41,657 bases of DNA from the NCBI RefSeq assembly GCF_003334315.1, contig NZ_QOWR01000044.1; one strand, 5' to 3'. Origin of the DNA: Escherichia coli. Lineage in GTDB: Bacteria; Pseudomonadota; Gammaproteobacteria; Enterobacterales; Enterobacteriaceae. Under the pieces are notes generated by a model. That model was not told where the DNA came from, ran no database searches, and saw only the letters and a program-made list of their open reading frames with translations. Shown piece by piece: positions 10,451 to 21,240 of the stretch (position 1 is the stretch's first letter; every line of letters starts with the position of its first letter). The position numbers were made by a program, and so were the translations under genes.

Positions 10451-11833
10451 GTGGCAAAAGCTCCAAAACGCGCCTTTGTTTGTAATGAATGCGGGGCCGA
10501 TTATCCGCGCTGGCAGGGGCAGTGCAGTGCCTGTCATGCCTGGAACACCATCACCGAGGTGCGTCTTGCTGCGTCGCCAACGGTGGCGCGTAACGAGCGT
10601 CTCAGTGGCTATGCCGGTAGCGCCGGGGTGGCAAAAGTCCAGAAACTCTCCGACATCAGCCTTGAAGAGCTGCCGCGTTTTTCCACCGGATTTAAAGAGT
10701 TCGACCGCGTATTAGGCGGCGGCGTGGTACCGGGAAGTGCCATTCTGATTGGCGGTAACCCAGGCGCGGGGAAATCCACGCTGTTGCTGCAAACGCTGTG
10801 CAAACTGGCCCAGCAGATGAAAACGCTGTATGTCACCGGCGAAGAGTCGCTGCAACAGGTGGCAATGCGCGCTCATCGCCTTGGCCTGCCGACTGACAAT
10901 CTCAATATGTTGTCGGAAACCAGCATCGAGCAGATCTGCCTGATTGCTGAAGAAGAGCAACCGAAGCTGATGGTAATTGACTCCATCCAGGTGATGCATA
11001 TGGCGGATGTACAGTCATCGCCTGGTAGCGTGGCGCAGGTGCGTGAAACGGCGGCTTATTTGACACGCTTCGCCAAAACGCGCGGTGTGGCGATTGTCAT
11101 GGTTGGACACGTAACCAAAGATGGCTCGCTGGCGGGCCCTAAAGTGCTGGAACACTGTATCGACTGTTCGGTGCTTTTGGATGGCGATGCCGACTCCCGT
11201 TTTCGCACCTTGCGCAGCCATAAAAACCGCTTCGGCGCGGTGAATGAGCTGGGCGTCTTCGCGATGACCGAACAGGGGCTGCGTGAAGTCAGCAACCCTT
11301 CGGCAATTTTCTTAAGTCGCGGAGATGAAGTGACCTCCGGCAGCTCCGTGATGGTGGTGTGGGAAGGAACGCGTCCGTTGCTGGTGGAGATTCAGGCGCT
11401 GGTCGATCACTCGATGATGGCGAATCCGCGCCGCGTGGCGGTAGGTCTGGAGCAAAACCGTCTGGCAATCCTGCTGGCTGTCTTGCACCGTCACGGTGGT
11501 CTGCAAATGGCCGATCAGGATGTATTTGTGAACGTGGTCGGTGGTGTGAAGGTAACCGAAACCAGTGCCGACTTAGCGTTACTGCTGGCGATGGTTTCCA
11601 GCCTGCGTGACAGACCGCTACCGCAGGATCTGGTGGTGTTTGGTGAAGTCGGGCTGGCAGGGGAGATCCGCCCGGTGCCCAGCGGTCAGGAGCGAATCTC
11701 TGAAGCGGCGAAACACGGTTTTCGCCGGGCGATTGTTCCGGCGGCTAACGTGCCGAAAAAAGCGCCGGAAGGGATGCAGATTTTTGGCGTTAAAAAACTC
11801 TCCGACGCGCTTAGCGTGTTCGACGACTTATAA
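10451..11833 (+). CDS. radA: DNA repair protein RadA/Sms (GTG start)
   Basis: 460 aa from the GTG at 10451 (VAKAPKRAFVCNECGADYPRWQGQCSACHAW...); Walker A GNPGAGKST. Confidence 0.95.
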   Translation: MAKAPKRAFVCNECGADYPRWQGQCSACHAWNTITEVRLAASPTVARNERLSGYAGSAGVAKVQKLSDISLEELPRFSTGFKEFDRVLGGGVVPGSAILIGGNPGAGKSTLLLQTLCKLAQQMKTLYVTGEESLQQVAMRAHRLGLPTDNLNMLSETSIEQICLIAEEEQPKLMVIDSIQVMHMADVQSSPGSVAQVRETAAYLTRFAKTRGVAIVMVGHVTKDGSLAGPKVLEHCIDCSVLLDGDADSRFRTLRSHKNRFGAVNELGVFAMTEQGLREVSNPSAIFLSRGDEVTSGSSVMVVWEGTRPLLVEIQALVDHSMMANPRRVAVGLEQNRLAILLAVLHRHGGLQMADQDVFVNVVGGVKVTETSADLALLLAMVSSLRDRPLPQDLVVFGEVGLAGEIRPVPSGQERISEAAKHGFRRAIVPAANVPKKAPEGMQIFGVKKLSDALSVFDDL

Positions 11834-11853
11834 TGAGAGATACGGAGGGAGAT

Positions 11854-13086
11854 ATGTCGTCATTTGATTACCTGAAAACTGCCATCAAGCAACAGGGCTG
11901 CACGTTACAGCAGGTAGCTGATGCCAGCGGTATGACCAAAGGGTATTTAAGCCAGTTACTGAATGCCAAAATTAAAAGCCCCAGCGCGCAAAAGCTGGAG
12001 GCGTTGCACCGTTTTTTGGGGCTTGAATTTCCCCGGCAGAAGAAAACCATTGGTGTCGTATTCGGTAAGTTCTACCCGCTGCATACCGGACATATCTACC
12101 TTATCCAGCGCGCCTGTAGCCAGGTTGACGAGCTGCATATCATTATGGGTTTTGACGATACCCGCGACCGCGCGTTGTTTGAAGACAGCGCCATGTCGCA
12201 GCAGCCCACGGTGCCGGATCGTCTGCGCTGGTTATTGCAAACTTTTAAATATCAGAAAAATATTCGCATTCATGCTTTCAACGAAGAGGGCATGGAGCCG
12301 TATCCGCATGGCTGGGATGTGTGGAGCAACGGCATCAAAAAGTTTATGGCTGAAAAGGGGATCCAGCCGGACCTGATCTACACCTCGGAAGAAGCCGATG
12401 CGCCACAGTATATGGAACATCTGGGGATCGAGACGGTACTGGTCGATCCGAAACGTACCTTTATGAGTATCAGCGGTGCGCAGATCCGCGAAAACCCGTT
12501 CCGCTACTGGGAATATATTCCTACGGAAGTGAAGCCGTTCTTTGTGCGTACCGTGGCGATCCTTGGCGGCGAGTCGAGCGGTAAATCCACCCTGGTAAAC
12601 AAACTTGCCAATATCTTCAATACCACCAGTGCGTGGGAATATGGTCGCGATTATGTCTTTTCACACCTCGGCGGTGATGAGATCGCATTGCAGTATTCCG
12701 ACTACGATAAAATCGCGCTGGGCCACGCACAATACATTGATTTTGCAGTGAAATACGCCAATAAAGTGGCGTTTATTGACACTGATTTTGTCACTACCCA
12801 GGCGTTCTGCAAAAAGTACGAAGGGCGTGAGCATCCGTTCGTGCAGGCGTTGATTGATGAATACCGTTTCGATCTGGTGATCCTGCTGGAGAACAACACG
12901 CCGTGGGTGGCGGATGGTTTACGCAGCCTCGGCAGTTCGGTGGATCGCAAAGAGTTCCAGAACTTGCTGGTGGAGATGCTGGAAGAGAACAATATCGAAT
13001 TCGTGCGGGTTGAAGAGGACGATTATGACAGCCGTTTCCTGCGCTGCGTGGAGCTGGTGCGGGAGATGATGGGGGAGCAGAGATAA
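11854..13086 (+). CDS. nadR: Trifunctional NAD biosynthesis regulator / NMN adenylyltransferase / ribosylnicotinamide kinase
   Basis: 410 aa from the ATG at 11854 (MSSFDYLKTAIKQQGCTLQQVADASGMTKGYLSQLL...); N-terminal HTH, Walker A GGESSGKST. Confidence 0.95.
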   Translation: MSSFDYLKTAIKQQGCTLQQVADASGMTKGYLSQLLNAKIKSPSAQKLEALHRFLGLEFPRQKKTIGVVFGKFYPLHTGHIYLIQRACSQVDELHIIMGFDDTRDRALFEDSAMSQQPTVPDRLRWLLQTFKYQKNIRIHAFNEEGMEPYPHGWDVWSNGIKKFMAEKGIQPDLIYTSEEADAPQYMEHLGIETVLVDPKRTFMSISGAQIRENPFRYWEYIPTEVKPFFVRTVAILGGESSGKSTLVNKLANIFNTTSAWEYGRDYVFSHLGGDEIALQYSDYDKIALGHAQYIDFAVKYANKVAFIDTDFVTTQAFCKKYEGREHPFVQALIDEYRFDLVILLENNTPWVADGLRSLGSSVDRKEFQNLLVEMLEENNIEFVRVEEDDYDSRFLRCVELVREMMGEQR

Positions 13087-13230
13087 CCGCGATGAAACGG
13101 CTCAAAGGCGAGGTATAAAATAAGTTTTTTGATGAGTTGAAAACCTTTCTGGAAGAGGCTGTCGAGATTAAACAAGGTTTGAAAAAACCTGCACGGGTGA
13201 CCCGCTACGAAATTGCGGATACTAAGGCTG

Positions 13231-13384
13231 TTGTAGGCCGGAAAAGGCGTTCACGCCGTATCCGGCATTCGGTGCTCAATGCCTGATGCGACGCTTACCG
13301 CGTCTTATCAGGCCTGGAGATTCACAACGTATTGAAATTTCTTGGTTTGTAGGCCGGATAAGGCGTTCACGCCGCATCCGGCAT
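13231..13384. repeat. REP/BIME cluster
   Basis: gtaggccgg...gcatccggca and gcctgatgcgacgct...cttatcaggcc units between the convergent nadR and ettA. Confidence 0.8.
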
Positions 13385-13392
13385 TTTACGCA

Positions 13393-15060
13393 TTACTTCG
13401 CAATACGCTTGTACTTGATACGCTTCGGCTCCAGTGCGTCTGCGCCCAGCGTGCGTTTCTTGTACTCTTCGTACTCAGTAAAGTTACCTTCGAAGAACTC
13501 AACTTTACCTTCATCCTGGTAGTCCAGGATGTGCGTGGCGATACGGTCGAGGAACCAACGGTCGTGCGAGATAACCATCGCACAGCCCGGGAACTCCAGC
13601 AGGGCGTTTTCCAGCGCGCGCAGGGTTTCGATATCCAGGTCGTTGGTTGGTTCGTCGAGCAGCAGCATGTTGCCGCCAACCTGCAGCAGCTTCGCCAGAT
13701 GCAGACGACCGCGCTCACCACCGGAAAGTTCACCAACGCGTTTACCCTGATCAACCCCTTTAAAGTTAAAGCGGCCAACGTAGGCGCGGCTTGGCATCTC
13801 GGTGTTGCCGATCTTCATAATATCCAGCCCGCCGGAAACTTCTTCCCAAACGGTTTTGCTGTTATCCATTGAGTCACGGAACTGATCAACCGATGCCAGT
13901 TTCACCGTTTCACCTAAAGTGATGGTGCCGCTGTCCGGCTGTTCCTGACCAGAGATCATACGGAACAGGGTCGATTTACCCGCGCCGTTCGGACCGATGA
14001 TCCCGACGATTGCCCCTTTCGGGATCGAGAAGCTCAGGTCATCAATCAGCAGGCGATCACCGTAGGATTTACGCAGGTTGCTGACTTCCAGCACTTTATC
14101 GCCCAGACGCGGTCCAGGTGGAATAAACAGTTCGTTGGTTTCGTTACGTTTCTGATATTCGGTGCTGTTCAGCTCTTCAAAGCGTGCCAGACGTGCTTTA
14201 CCTTTCGACTGGCGGCCTTTAGTTCCCTGACGTACCCACTCCAGCTCTTTCTCGATCGACTTACGACGCGCCGCTTCTTGTGAAGCTTCCTGCGCCAGGC
14301 GCTGATCTTTCTGCTCCAGCCAGGAGGAGTAGTTGCCTTCCCACGGAATACCTTCACCGCGGTCAAGTTCGAGGATCCAGCCTGCAACGTTATCGAGGAA
14401 GTAACGGTCGTGGGTAATCGCCACCACGGTGCCCTCGAAGTCGTGCAGGAAGCGTTCCAGCCAGGCCACGGATTCGGCATCCAGGTGGTTGGTCGGTTCG
14501 TCGAGCAGCAGCATGTCTGGTTTTTCCAGCAGCAGGCGGCACAACGCTACGCGACGACGCTCACCACCGGAGAGGTTAGCGATTTTCGCGTCCCAGTCCG
14601 GCAGACGTAGCGCATCCGCCGCACGCTCCAGCTGTACGTTCAGGTTATGACCGTCGTGAGCCTGAATGATCTCTTCCAGACGGCCTTGTTCAGCGGCCAG
14701 CTTGTCAAAATCGGCATCCGGATCGGCGTACAGCGCATACACTTCATCCAGGCGTTTCAGGGCGTTAACCACTTCAGAAACCGCTTCTTCAATGGACTCA
14801 CGCACGGTGTGTTCCGGGTTCAGCTGCGGTTCCTGCGGCAGGTAACCAATCTTGATGTCTGGCTGCGGACGCGCTTCACCTTCGATGTCTTTATCAATGC
14901 CCGCCATAATGCGCAGCAGGGTAGACTTACCCGCGCCGTTCAGACCCAGGACACCAATTTTTGCCCCAGGGAAGAAACTCAGAGAGATGTTTTTCAAAAT
15001 ATGACGTTTCGGCGGAACAACTTTGCCGACACGATGCATGGTATAAACGAATTGAGCCAC
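13393..15060 (-). CDS. ettA: Energy-dependent translational throttle protein (ABC-F ATPase)
   Basis: 555 aa (MAQFVYTMHRVGKVVPPKRHILKNISLSFFPGAKIGVLGLNGAGKSTLLRIMAG...); two ABC ATPase domains. Confidence 0.95.
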   Translation of the reverse strand: MAQFVYTMHRVGKVVPPKRHILKNISLSFFPGAKIGVLGLNGAGKSTLLRIMAGIDKDIEGEARPQPDIKIGYLPQEPQLNPEHTVRESIEEAVSEVVNALKRLDEVYALYADPDADFDKLAAEQGRLEEIIQAHDGHNLNVQLERAADALRLPDWDAKIANLSGGERRRVALCRLLLEKPDMLLLDEPTNHLDAESVAWLERFLHDFEGTVVAITHDRYFLDNVAGWILELDRGEGIPWEGNYSSWLEQKDQRLAQEASQEAARRKSIEKELEWVRQGTKGRQSKGKARLARFEELNSTEYQKRNETNELFIPPGPRLGDKVLEVSNLRKSYGDRLLIDDLSFSIPKGAIVGIIGPNGAGKSTLFRMISGQEQPDSGTITLGETVKLASVDQFRDSMDNSKTVWEEVSGGLDIMKIGNTEMPSRAYVGRFNFKGVDQGKRVGELSGGERGRLHLAKLLQVGGNMLLLDEPTNDLDIETLRALENALLEFPGCAMVISHDRWFLDRIATHILDYQDEGKVEFFEGNFTEYEEYKKRTLGADALEPKRIKYKRIAK

Positions 15061-15270
15061 GTTGGACTTCGCCTCTATGTTTATCGTGATGATGAGTTTT
15101 CAAAGGCGAAGTGTAGCCTTTTTCCCCGCCTAATCCCAGTTGGTCGATCACCTTCGCAGTAAAAGTAAAAAAGTGTCCGTAACGTGGCGTAAACGGCAAT
15201 GACTGGTTAGCATAAATCTATTACGCGGCATGACGCTGCATTGATGTATTTACACTTAGAGGATGCGCTT

Positions 15271-17208
15271 GTGGAAAAAGCCAAACAAGTTACCTGGCGG
15301 CTGTTGGCTGCCGGTGTCTGTCTGCTGACGGTCAGCAGCGTGGCGCGAGCCGACTCACTGGATGAGCAGCGTAGCCGTTACGCGCAAATCAAGCAGGCCT
15401 GGGATAATCGACAAATGGATGTGGTCGAACAAATGATGCCTGGACTGAAGGATTATCCGCTTTATCCCTACCTGGAATACCGCCAGATCACCGATGATCT
15501 GATGAATCAACCGGCGGTGACGGTCACTAACTTTGTTCGCGCTAACCCCACGCTTCCTCCCGCTCGCACGCTGCAATCTCGTTTCGTCAATGAACTGGCG
15601 CGGCGTGAAGACTGGCGTGGCTTGTTAGCCTTTAGCCCGGAAAAGCCCGGAACTACCGAAGCGCAATGTAATTACTACTATGCGAAATGGAACACCGGGC
15701 AGAGTGAAGAAGCCTGGCAAGGGGCGAAAGAGCTGTGGCTAACCGGCAAGAGCCAGCCTAACGCCTGTGACAAGTTATTTAGCGTCTGGCGTGCGTCAGG
15801 TAAACAAGATCCGCTGGCTTATTTAGAGCGTATCCGTCTGGCGATGAAAGCGGGTAACACTGGCCTGGTAACAGTGCTGGCAGGGCAGATGCCTGCCGAT
15901 TACCAGACTATCGCCTCGGCAATCATTTCACTGGCGAACAACCCTAATACGGTACTGACCTTCGCGCGTACAACCGGAGCGACCGATTTTACCCGTCAAA
16001 TGGCGGCGGTGGCGTTTGCCAGTGTGGCGCGGCAGGATGCTGAAAATGCACGGCTGATGATCCCGTCGCTTGCCCAGGCGCAGCAGCTTAATGAAGATCA
16101 GATTCAGGAGCTGCGCGATATCGTCGCCTGGCGTTTGATGGGCAACGATGTCACCGACGAGCAGGCGAAATGGCGCGATGACGCCATTATGCGCTCGCAA
16201 TCCACGTCGTTGATTGAACGCCGTGTGCGAATGGCACTTGGCACCGGCGATCGTCGCGGCCTGAATACCTGGCTGGCGCGTCTGCCGATGGAAGCAAAAG
16301 AGAAAGATGAATGGCGTTACTGGCAGGCGGATTTATTGCTGGAACGCGGACGTGAAGCTGAAGCGAAAGAGATTTTGCATCAACTCATGCAACAGCGTGG
16401 TTTCTACCCGATGGTTGCAGCACAACGCATCGGAGAAGAGTATGAGCTGAAGATTGATAAAGCGCCGCAGAATGTTGACAGCGCCCTGACTCAGGGGCCG
16501 GAGATGGCGCGCGTGCGCGAGTTGATGTACTGGAATCTCGATAACACCGCGCGTAGCGAGTGGGCCAATCTGGTGAAGAGCAAGTCAAAAACAGAGCAGG
16601 CTCAACTGGCTCGGTATGCTTTCAATAACCAATGGTGGGATCTTAGCGTTCAGGCAACGATCGCCGGGAAGCTTTGGGATCATCTGGAAGAGCGATTCCC
16701 GCTGGCTTACAACGATCTTTTCAAACGTTACACCAGTGGGAAAGAGATCCCGCAAAGCTATGCGATGGCGATTGCCCGTCAGGAGAGCGCCTGGAATCCG
16801 AAAGTGAAATCACCGGTAGGGGCCAGCGGCCTGATGCAGATTATGCCTGGTACAGCGACCCATACGGTGAAGATGTTCTCTATTCCTGGTTATAGCAGCC
16901 CTGGGCAATTGCTGGATCCGGAAACGAATATCAACATTGGCACCAGTTACCTGCAATATGTTTATCAGCAGTTTGGCAATAACCGTATTTTCTCCTCAGC
17001 AGCTTATAACGCCGGACCTGGACGGGTGCGAACCTGGCTTGGCAACAGCGCCGGGCGTATCGACGCTGTGGCATTTGTCGAGAGTATTCCGTTCTCCGAG
17101 ACGCGCGGTTATGTGAAGAACGTGCTGGCTTATGACGCTTACTACCGCTATTTCATGGGGGATAAACCGACGTTGATGAGCGCCACGGAATGGGGACGTC
17201 GTTACTGA
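15271..17208 (+). CDS. slt: Soluble lytic murein transglycosylase Slt70 (GTG start)
   Basis: 645 aa from the GTG at 15271 (MEKAKQVTWRLLAAGVCLLTVSSVARA... signal peptide); the track ORF starts 10 codons upstream at a TTG. Confidence 0.95.
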   Translation: MEKAKQVTWRLLAAGVCLLTVSSVARADSLDEQRSRYAQIKQAWDNRQMDVVEQMMPGLKDYPLYPYLEYRQITDDLMNQPAVTVTNFVRANPTLPPARTLQSRFVNELARREDWRGLLAFSPEKPGTTEAQCNYYYAKWNTGQSEEAWQGAKELWLTGKSQPNACDKLFSVWRASGKQDPLAYLERIRLAMKAGNTGLVTVLAGQMPADYQTIASAIISLANNPNTVLTFARTTGATDFTRQMAAVAFASVARQDAENARLMIPSLAQAQQLNEDQIQELRDIVAWRLMGNDVTDEQAKWRDDAIMRSQSTSLIERRVRMALGTGDRRGLNTWLARLPMEAKEKDEWRYWQADLLLERGREAEAKEILHQLMQQRGFYPMVAAQRIGEEYELKIDKAPQNVDSALTQGPEMARVRELMYWNLDNTARSEWANLVKSKSKTEQAQLARYAFNNQWWDLSVQATIAGKLWDHLEERFPLAYNDLFKRYTSGKEIPQSYAMAIARQESAWNPKVKSPVGASGLMQIMPGTATHTVKMFSIPGYSSPGQLLDPETNINIGTSYLQYVYQQFGNNRIFSSAAYNAGPGRVRTWLGNSAGRIDAVAFVESIPFSETRGYVKNVLAYDAYYRYFMGDKPTLMSATEWGRRY

Positions 17209-17232
17209 TCCGCACGTTTATGATATGCTATC

Positions 17233-17250
17233 GTACTCTTTAGCGAGTAC
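17233..17250. promoter_or_regulatory. TrpR operator in the trpR promoter (autoregulation)
   Basis: gtactctttagcgagtac: GTACTC/GAGTAC inverted repeat about 50 bp upstream of the trpR ATG, matching the Trp repressor operator half-site. Confidence 0.7.
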
Positions 17251-17282
17251 AACCGGGGGAGGCATTTTGCTTCCCCCGCTAA

Positions 17283-17624
<342 letters not shown>

Positions 17625-17627
17625 TTT

Positions 17628-17776
17628 TGTAGGCCTGATAAGACGCGGCAGCGTCGCATCAGGCATCGTGCACCGAATGCCGGATGCGGCGTGAACGCCT
17701 TATCCGTCCTACAAATACCCGTAATTTCAATATGTTTGGTAGGCATGATAAGACGCGGCAGCGTCGCATCAGGCGC
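17628..17776. repeat. REP/BIME cluster
   Basis: Two copies of aggc(c/a)tgataagacgcggcagcgtcgcatcaggc and an intervening gccggatgcggcgtgaacgccttatccg unit between trpR and yjjX. Confidence 0.8.
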
Positions 17777-18301
<525 letters not shown>

Positions 18302-18340
18302 TCAGAAAATTAACGTTACAGCAGTATACGGAAAAAAAGC

Positions 18341-18988
18341 ATGTTACAGGTATACCTAGTCCGCCACGGTGAAACGCAGTGGAACGCCGAGCGACGTATT
18401 CAGGGCCAGTCTGACAGCCCGCTGACCGCCAAAGGTGAGCAACAGGCGATGCAGGTGGCAACCCGTGCCAAAGAGCTTGGCATTACGCATATTATCAGTA
18501 GCGATTTAGGACGCACCCGGCGTACGGCGGAAATCATCGCCCAGGCCTGCGGCTGTGACATCATCTTTGATTCTCGCCTGCGTGAATTAAACATGGGTGT
18601 GCTGGAAAAAAGACATATCGATTCTCTGACCGAAGAAGAAGAGAACTGGCGTCGGCAGCTGGTCAATGGCACCGTTGACGGGCGTATTCCTGAAGGCGAG
18701 TCAATGCAGGAGCTCAGCGATCGCGTCAATGCGGCACTGGAATCTTGCCGGGACTTACCGCAGGGAAGCCGACCGCTGCTGGTGAGCCATGGTATTGCAC
18801 TGGGATGTCTGGTGAGTACGATTCTCGGATTACCAGCATGGGCAGAGCGCCGCTTACGTCTGCGTAACTGTTCTATTTCGCGCGTGGATTATCAGGAAAG
18901 CCTGTGGCTGGCGTCTGGCTGGGTCGTTGAAACCGCAGGGGACATCTCGCATCTGGACGCCCCTGCATTAGATGAGCTGCAGCGTTAA
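18341..18988 (+). CDS. ytjC: Probable phosphoglycerate mutase GpmB (histidine phosphatase family)
   Basis: 215 aa (MLQVYLVRHGETQWNAERRIQGQSDSPLTAKG...), RHG catalytic motif. Confidence 0.95.
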   Translation: MLQVYLVRHGETQWNAERRIQGQSDSPLTAKGEQQAMQVATRAKELGITHIISSDLGRTRRTAEIIAQACGCDIIFDSRLRELNMGVLEKRHIDSLTEEEENWRRQLVNGTVDGRIPEGESMQELSDRVNAALESCRDLPQGSRPLLVSHGIALGCLVSTILGLPAWAERRLRLRNCSISRVDYQESLWLASGWVVETAGDISHLDAPALDELQR

Positions 18989-19854
18989 CGGCGGATAGGA
19001 ATCAGCAGTTCACAGCGCAGATTAATTGGGCGATCTCCCGCTTTGGCGTCTTCTGCCGGGTAGTATCGCTCAATATCCTGACCTTTACGGCGCGTCAGAT
19101 TGAGCATTGGCATGCACGTTCCGTATACCGTCAGGATAAACTCCTGCACGCCGGTTCCCAGACCTTCATAGGTAAACATCACATATTCGCCGCCCTGCAG
19201 CATCACCGGATGCCCCGTCAGTACATAGCCATCTGCCTGATCCTGGGCTAACGCGGTGGTATAGAATACCTCTTGTTCGTCGTCTTTATCCTGACTCGGA
19301 CGCGTTTCATTCAGGCCGTAGAGCACTGGCGGAATGGTCGGCGCGTTGCCGAGAAAATCGTGCCAGAACTGATAACGCATTTCATGGCGGAAATCAGAGA
19401 TTTGCTCCAGCGAACAGGAGTAGCTCTGGGTAACACCAATCAGCGGCGTATCTTCCAGGGTGACAAATTTATGCTCTGGCATAGTGAATTCACCCAGACG
19501 CAGCGGCGGGCGAATACCAAAGGCGCTCCATTCAGGAGAACGGCGGTAAAGTGCAGGAGTCTGGGCAAACTGCTTCTTGAATGCGCGGGTAAATGTCTGT
19601 TGAGAGTCGAAGCGGTATTGCAGCGCGATGTCCAGAATCGGACGCGCAGTCAGGCGTAGTGCGACCGCCGATTTCGACAAACGACGAGCACGAATATACG
19701 CGCCAATAGCATGGCCAGTGACATCTTTAAACATTCTCTGTAAGTGCCACTTGGAATAACCTGCTTTCGCCGCTACATTGTCGAGCGACAGGGGCTGATC
19801 CAGATGACCTTCCAGCCAGATTAAAAGGTCGCGAATAATGCCGGCCTGATCCAT
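18985..19854 (-). CDS. rob: AraC/XylS-family transcriptional regulator Rob (right origin-binding protein)
   Basis: 289 aa (MDQAGIIRDLLIWLEGHLDQPLSLDNVAAKAGYSKWHLQRMFKDVTGH...); 4-bp convergent overlap with ytjC. Confidence 0.95.
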   Translation of the reverse strand: MDQAGIIRDLLIWLEGHLDQPLSLDNVAAKAGYSKWHLQRMFKDVTGHAIGAYIRARRLSKSAVALRLTARPILDIALQYRFDSQQTFTRAFKKQFAQTPALYRRSPEWSAFGIRPPLRLGEFTMPEHKFVTLEDTPLIGVTQSYSCSLEQISDFRHEMRYQFWHDFLGNAPTIPPVLYGLNETRPSQDKDDEQEVFYTTALAQDQADGYVLTGHPVMLQGGEYVMFTYEGLGTGVQEFILTVYGTCMPMLNLTRRKGQDIERYYPAEDAKAGDRPINLRCELLIPIRR

Positions 19855-20064
19855 AAAATATCCTCATCCTTTCAACAACGAGCACCTGACATCAGGTAAT
19901 TGGATAATAGCATTTTTTGCTGTTTTAGCATTCAGTGTTTTTTTCTTAGTAGAGTATGTTTTAGGTCTTGACGGAAATAAAAGTATTGAGATTTTGTTCT
20001 TAATCAATATGTTATTTACCGTGACGAACTAATTGCTCGTGTAATAGATAAAAATGGTAACAAT

Positions 20065-20538
20065 ATGAAATACAAGCATTTGATCCTGTCTTTAAGCCTG
20101 ATAATGCTGGGGCCATTGGCTCATGCAGAAGAGATTGGTTCGGTCGACACCGTATTTAAAATGATCGGCCCGGATCACAAAATTGTTGTGGAAGCCTTTG
20201 ACGATCCCGATGTGAAAAATGTCACCTGTTATGTGAGCCGGGCGAAAACAGGTGGTATTAAAGGGGGATTGGGTCTGGCGGAAGATACCTCCGATGCGGC
20301 TATTTCTTGTCAGCAAGTCGGGCCGATTGAACTGTCGGATCGTATTAAAAACGGCAAAGCTCAGGGCGAGGTAGTATTCAAAAAACGCACGTCCCTGGTC
20401 TTTAAGTCGTTACAGGTCGTGCGCTTTTATGACGCCAAACGCAACGCGCTCGCTTATCTGGCTTACTCCGACAAAGTTGTAGAAGGTTCGCCGAAAAACG
20501 CGATTAGCGCGGTTCCTGTCATGCCGTGGCGGCAATAA
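20065..20538 (+). CDS. creA: CreA family periplasmic protein
   Basis: 157 aa with signal peptide ([21 protein letters not shown]...). Confidence 0.9.
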
Positions 20539-20550
20539 CAGAGGCGATTT

Positions 20551-21240
20551 ATGCAACGGGAAACGGTCTGGTTAGTGGAAGATGAGCAAGGGATAGCCGA
20601 CACGCTGGTCTACATGTTGCAGCAGGAAGGTTTTGCCGTCGAGGTCTTTGAGCGAGGCTTGCCGGTGCTGGATAAAGCTCGCCAGCAGGTTCCCGACGTC
20701 ATGATTCTCGATGTTGGTTTGCCTGATATCAGCGGCTTTGAATTGTGCCGCCAGTTACTGGCGCTCCATCCGGCGTTACCTGTACTGTTCCTGACGGCCC
20801 GAAGTGAAGAGGTCGATCGCCTGCTTGGGCTGGAAATTGGCGCTGACGACTATGTGGCTAAACCGTTTTCACCCCGCGAAGTGTGCGCCAGGGTGCGCAC
20901 CTTACTGCGTCGGGTGAAGAAGTTCTCGACGCCGTCTCCCGTCATCCGTATTGGTCATTTTGAATTGAATGAACCCGCGGCGCAGATCAGCTGGTTTGAC
21001 ACGCCATTAACGCTGACGCGGTATGAGTTTTTATTGCTGAAGACGTTACTCAAGTCGCCAGGCCGCGTCTGGTCCCGCCAGCAACTGATGGATAGCGTGT
21101 GGGAAGATGCGCAGGACACCTACGATCGCACCGTCGATACCCACATTAAAACGTTGCGTGCCAAGCTGCGCGCCATCAACCCCGATCTTTCACCGATTAA
21201 TACTCATCGCGGCATGGGATATAGCCTGAGGGGCCTGTAA
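20551..21240 (+). CDS. creB: Two-component response regulator CreB (OmpR family)
   Basis: 229 aa (MQRETVWLVEDEQGIADTLVYMLQQEGF...); receiver plus winged-helix domain. Confidence 0.95.
   Translation: MQRETVWLVEDEQGIADTLVYMLQQEGFAVEVFERGLPVLDKARQQVPDVMILDVGLPDISGFELCRQLLALHPALPVLFLTARSEEVDRLLGLEIGADDYVAKPFSPREVCARVRTLLRRVKKFSTPSPVIRIGHFELNEPAAQISWFDTPLTLTRYEFLLLKTLLKSPGRVWSRQQLMDSVWEDAQDTYDRTVDTHIKTLRAKLRAINPDLSPINTHRGMGYSLRGL

Noticed and set aside
13087-13230. Possible small gene or sRNA between nadR and the REP cluster
   Set aside because: The only ATG-initiated frame is 8 codons long, and no convincing promoter plus terminator pair was seen; more likely the 3' UTR of nadR.
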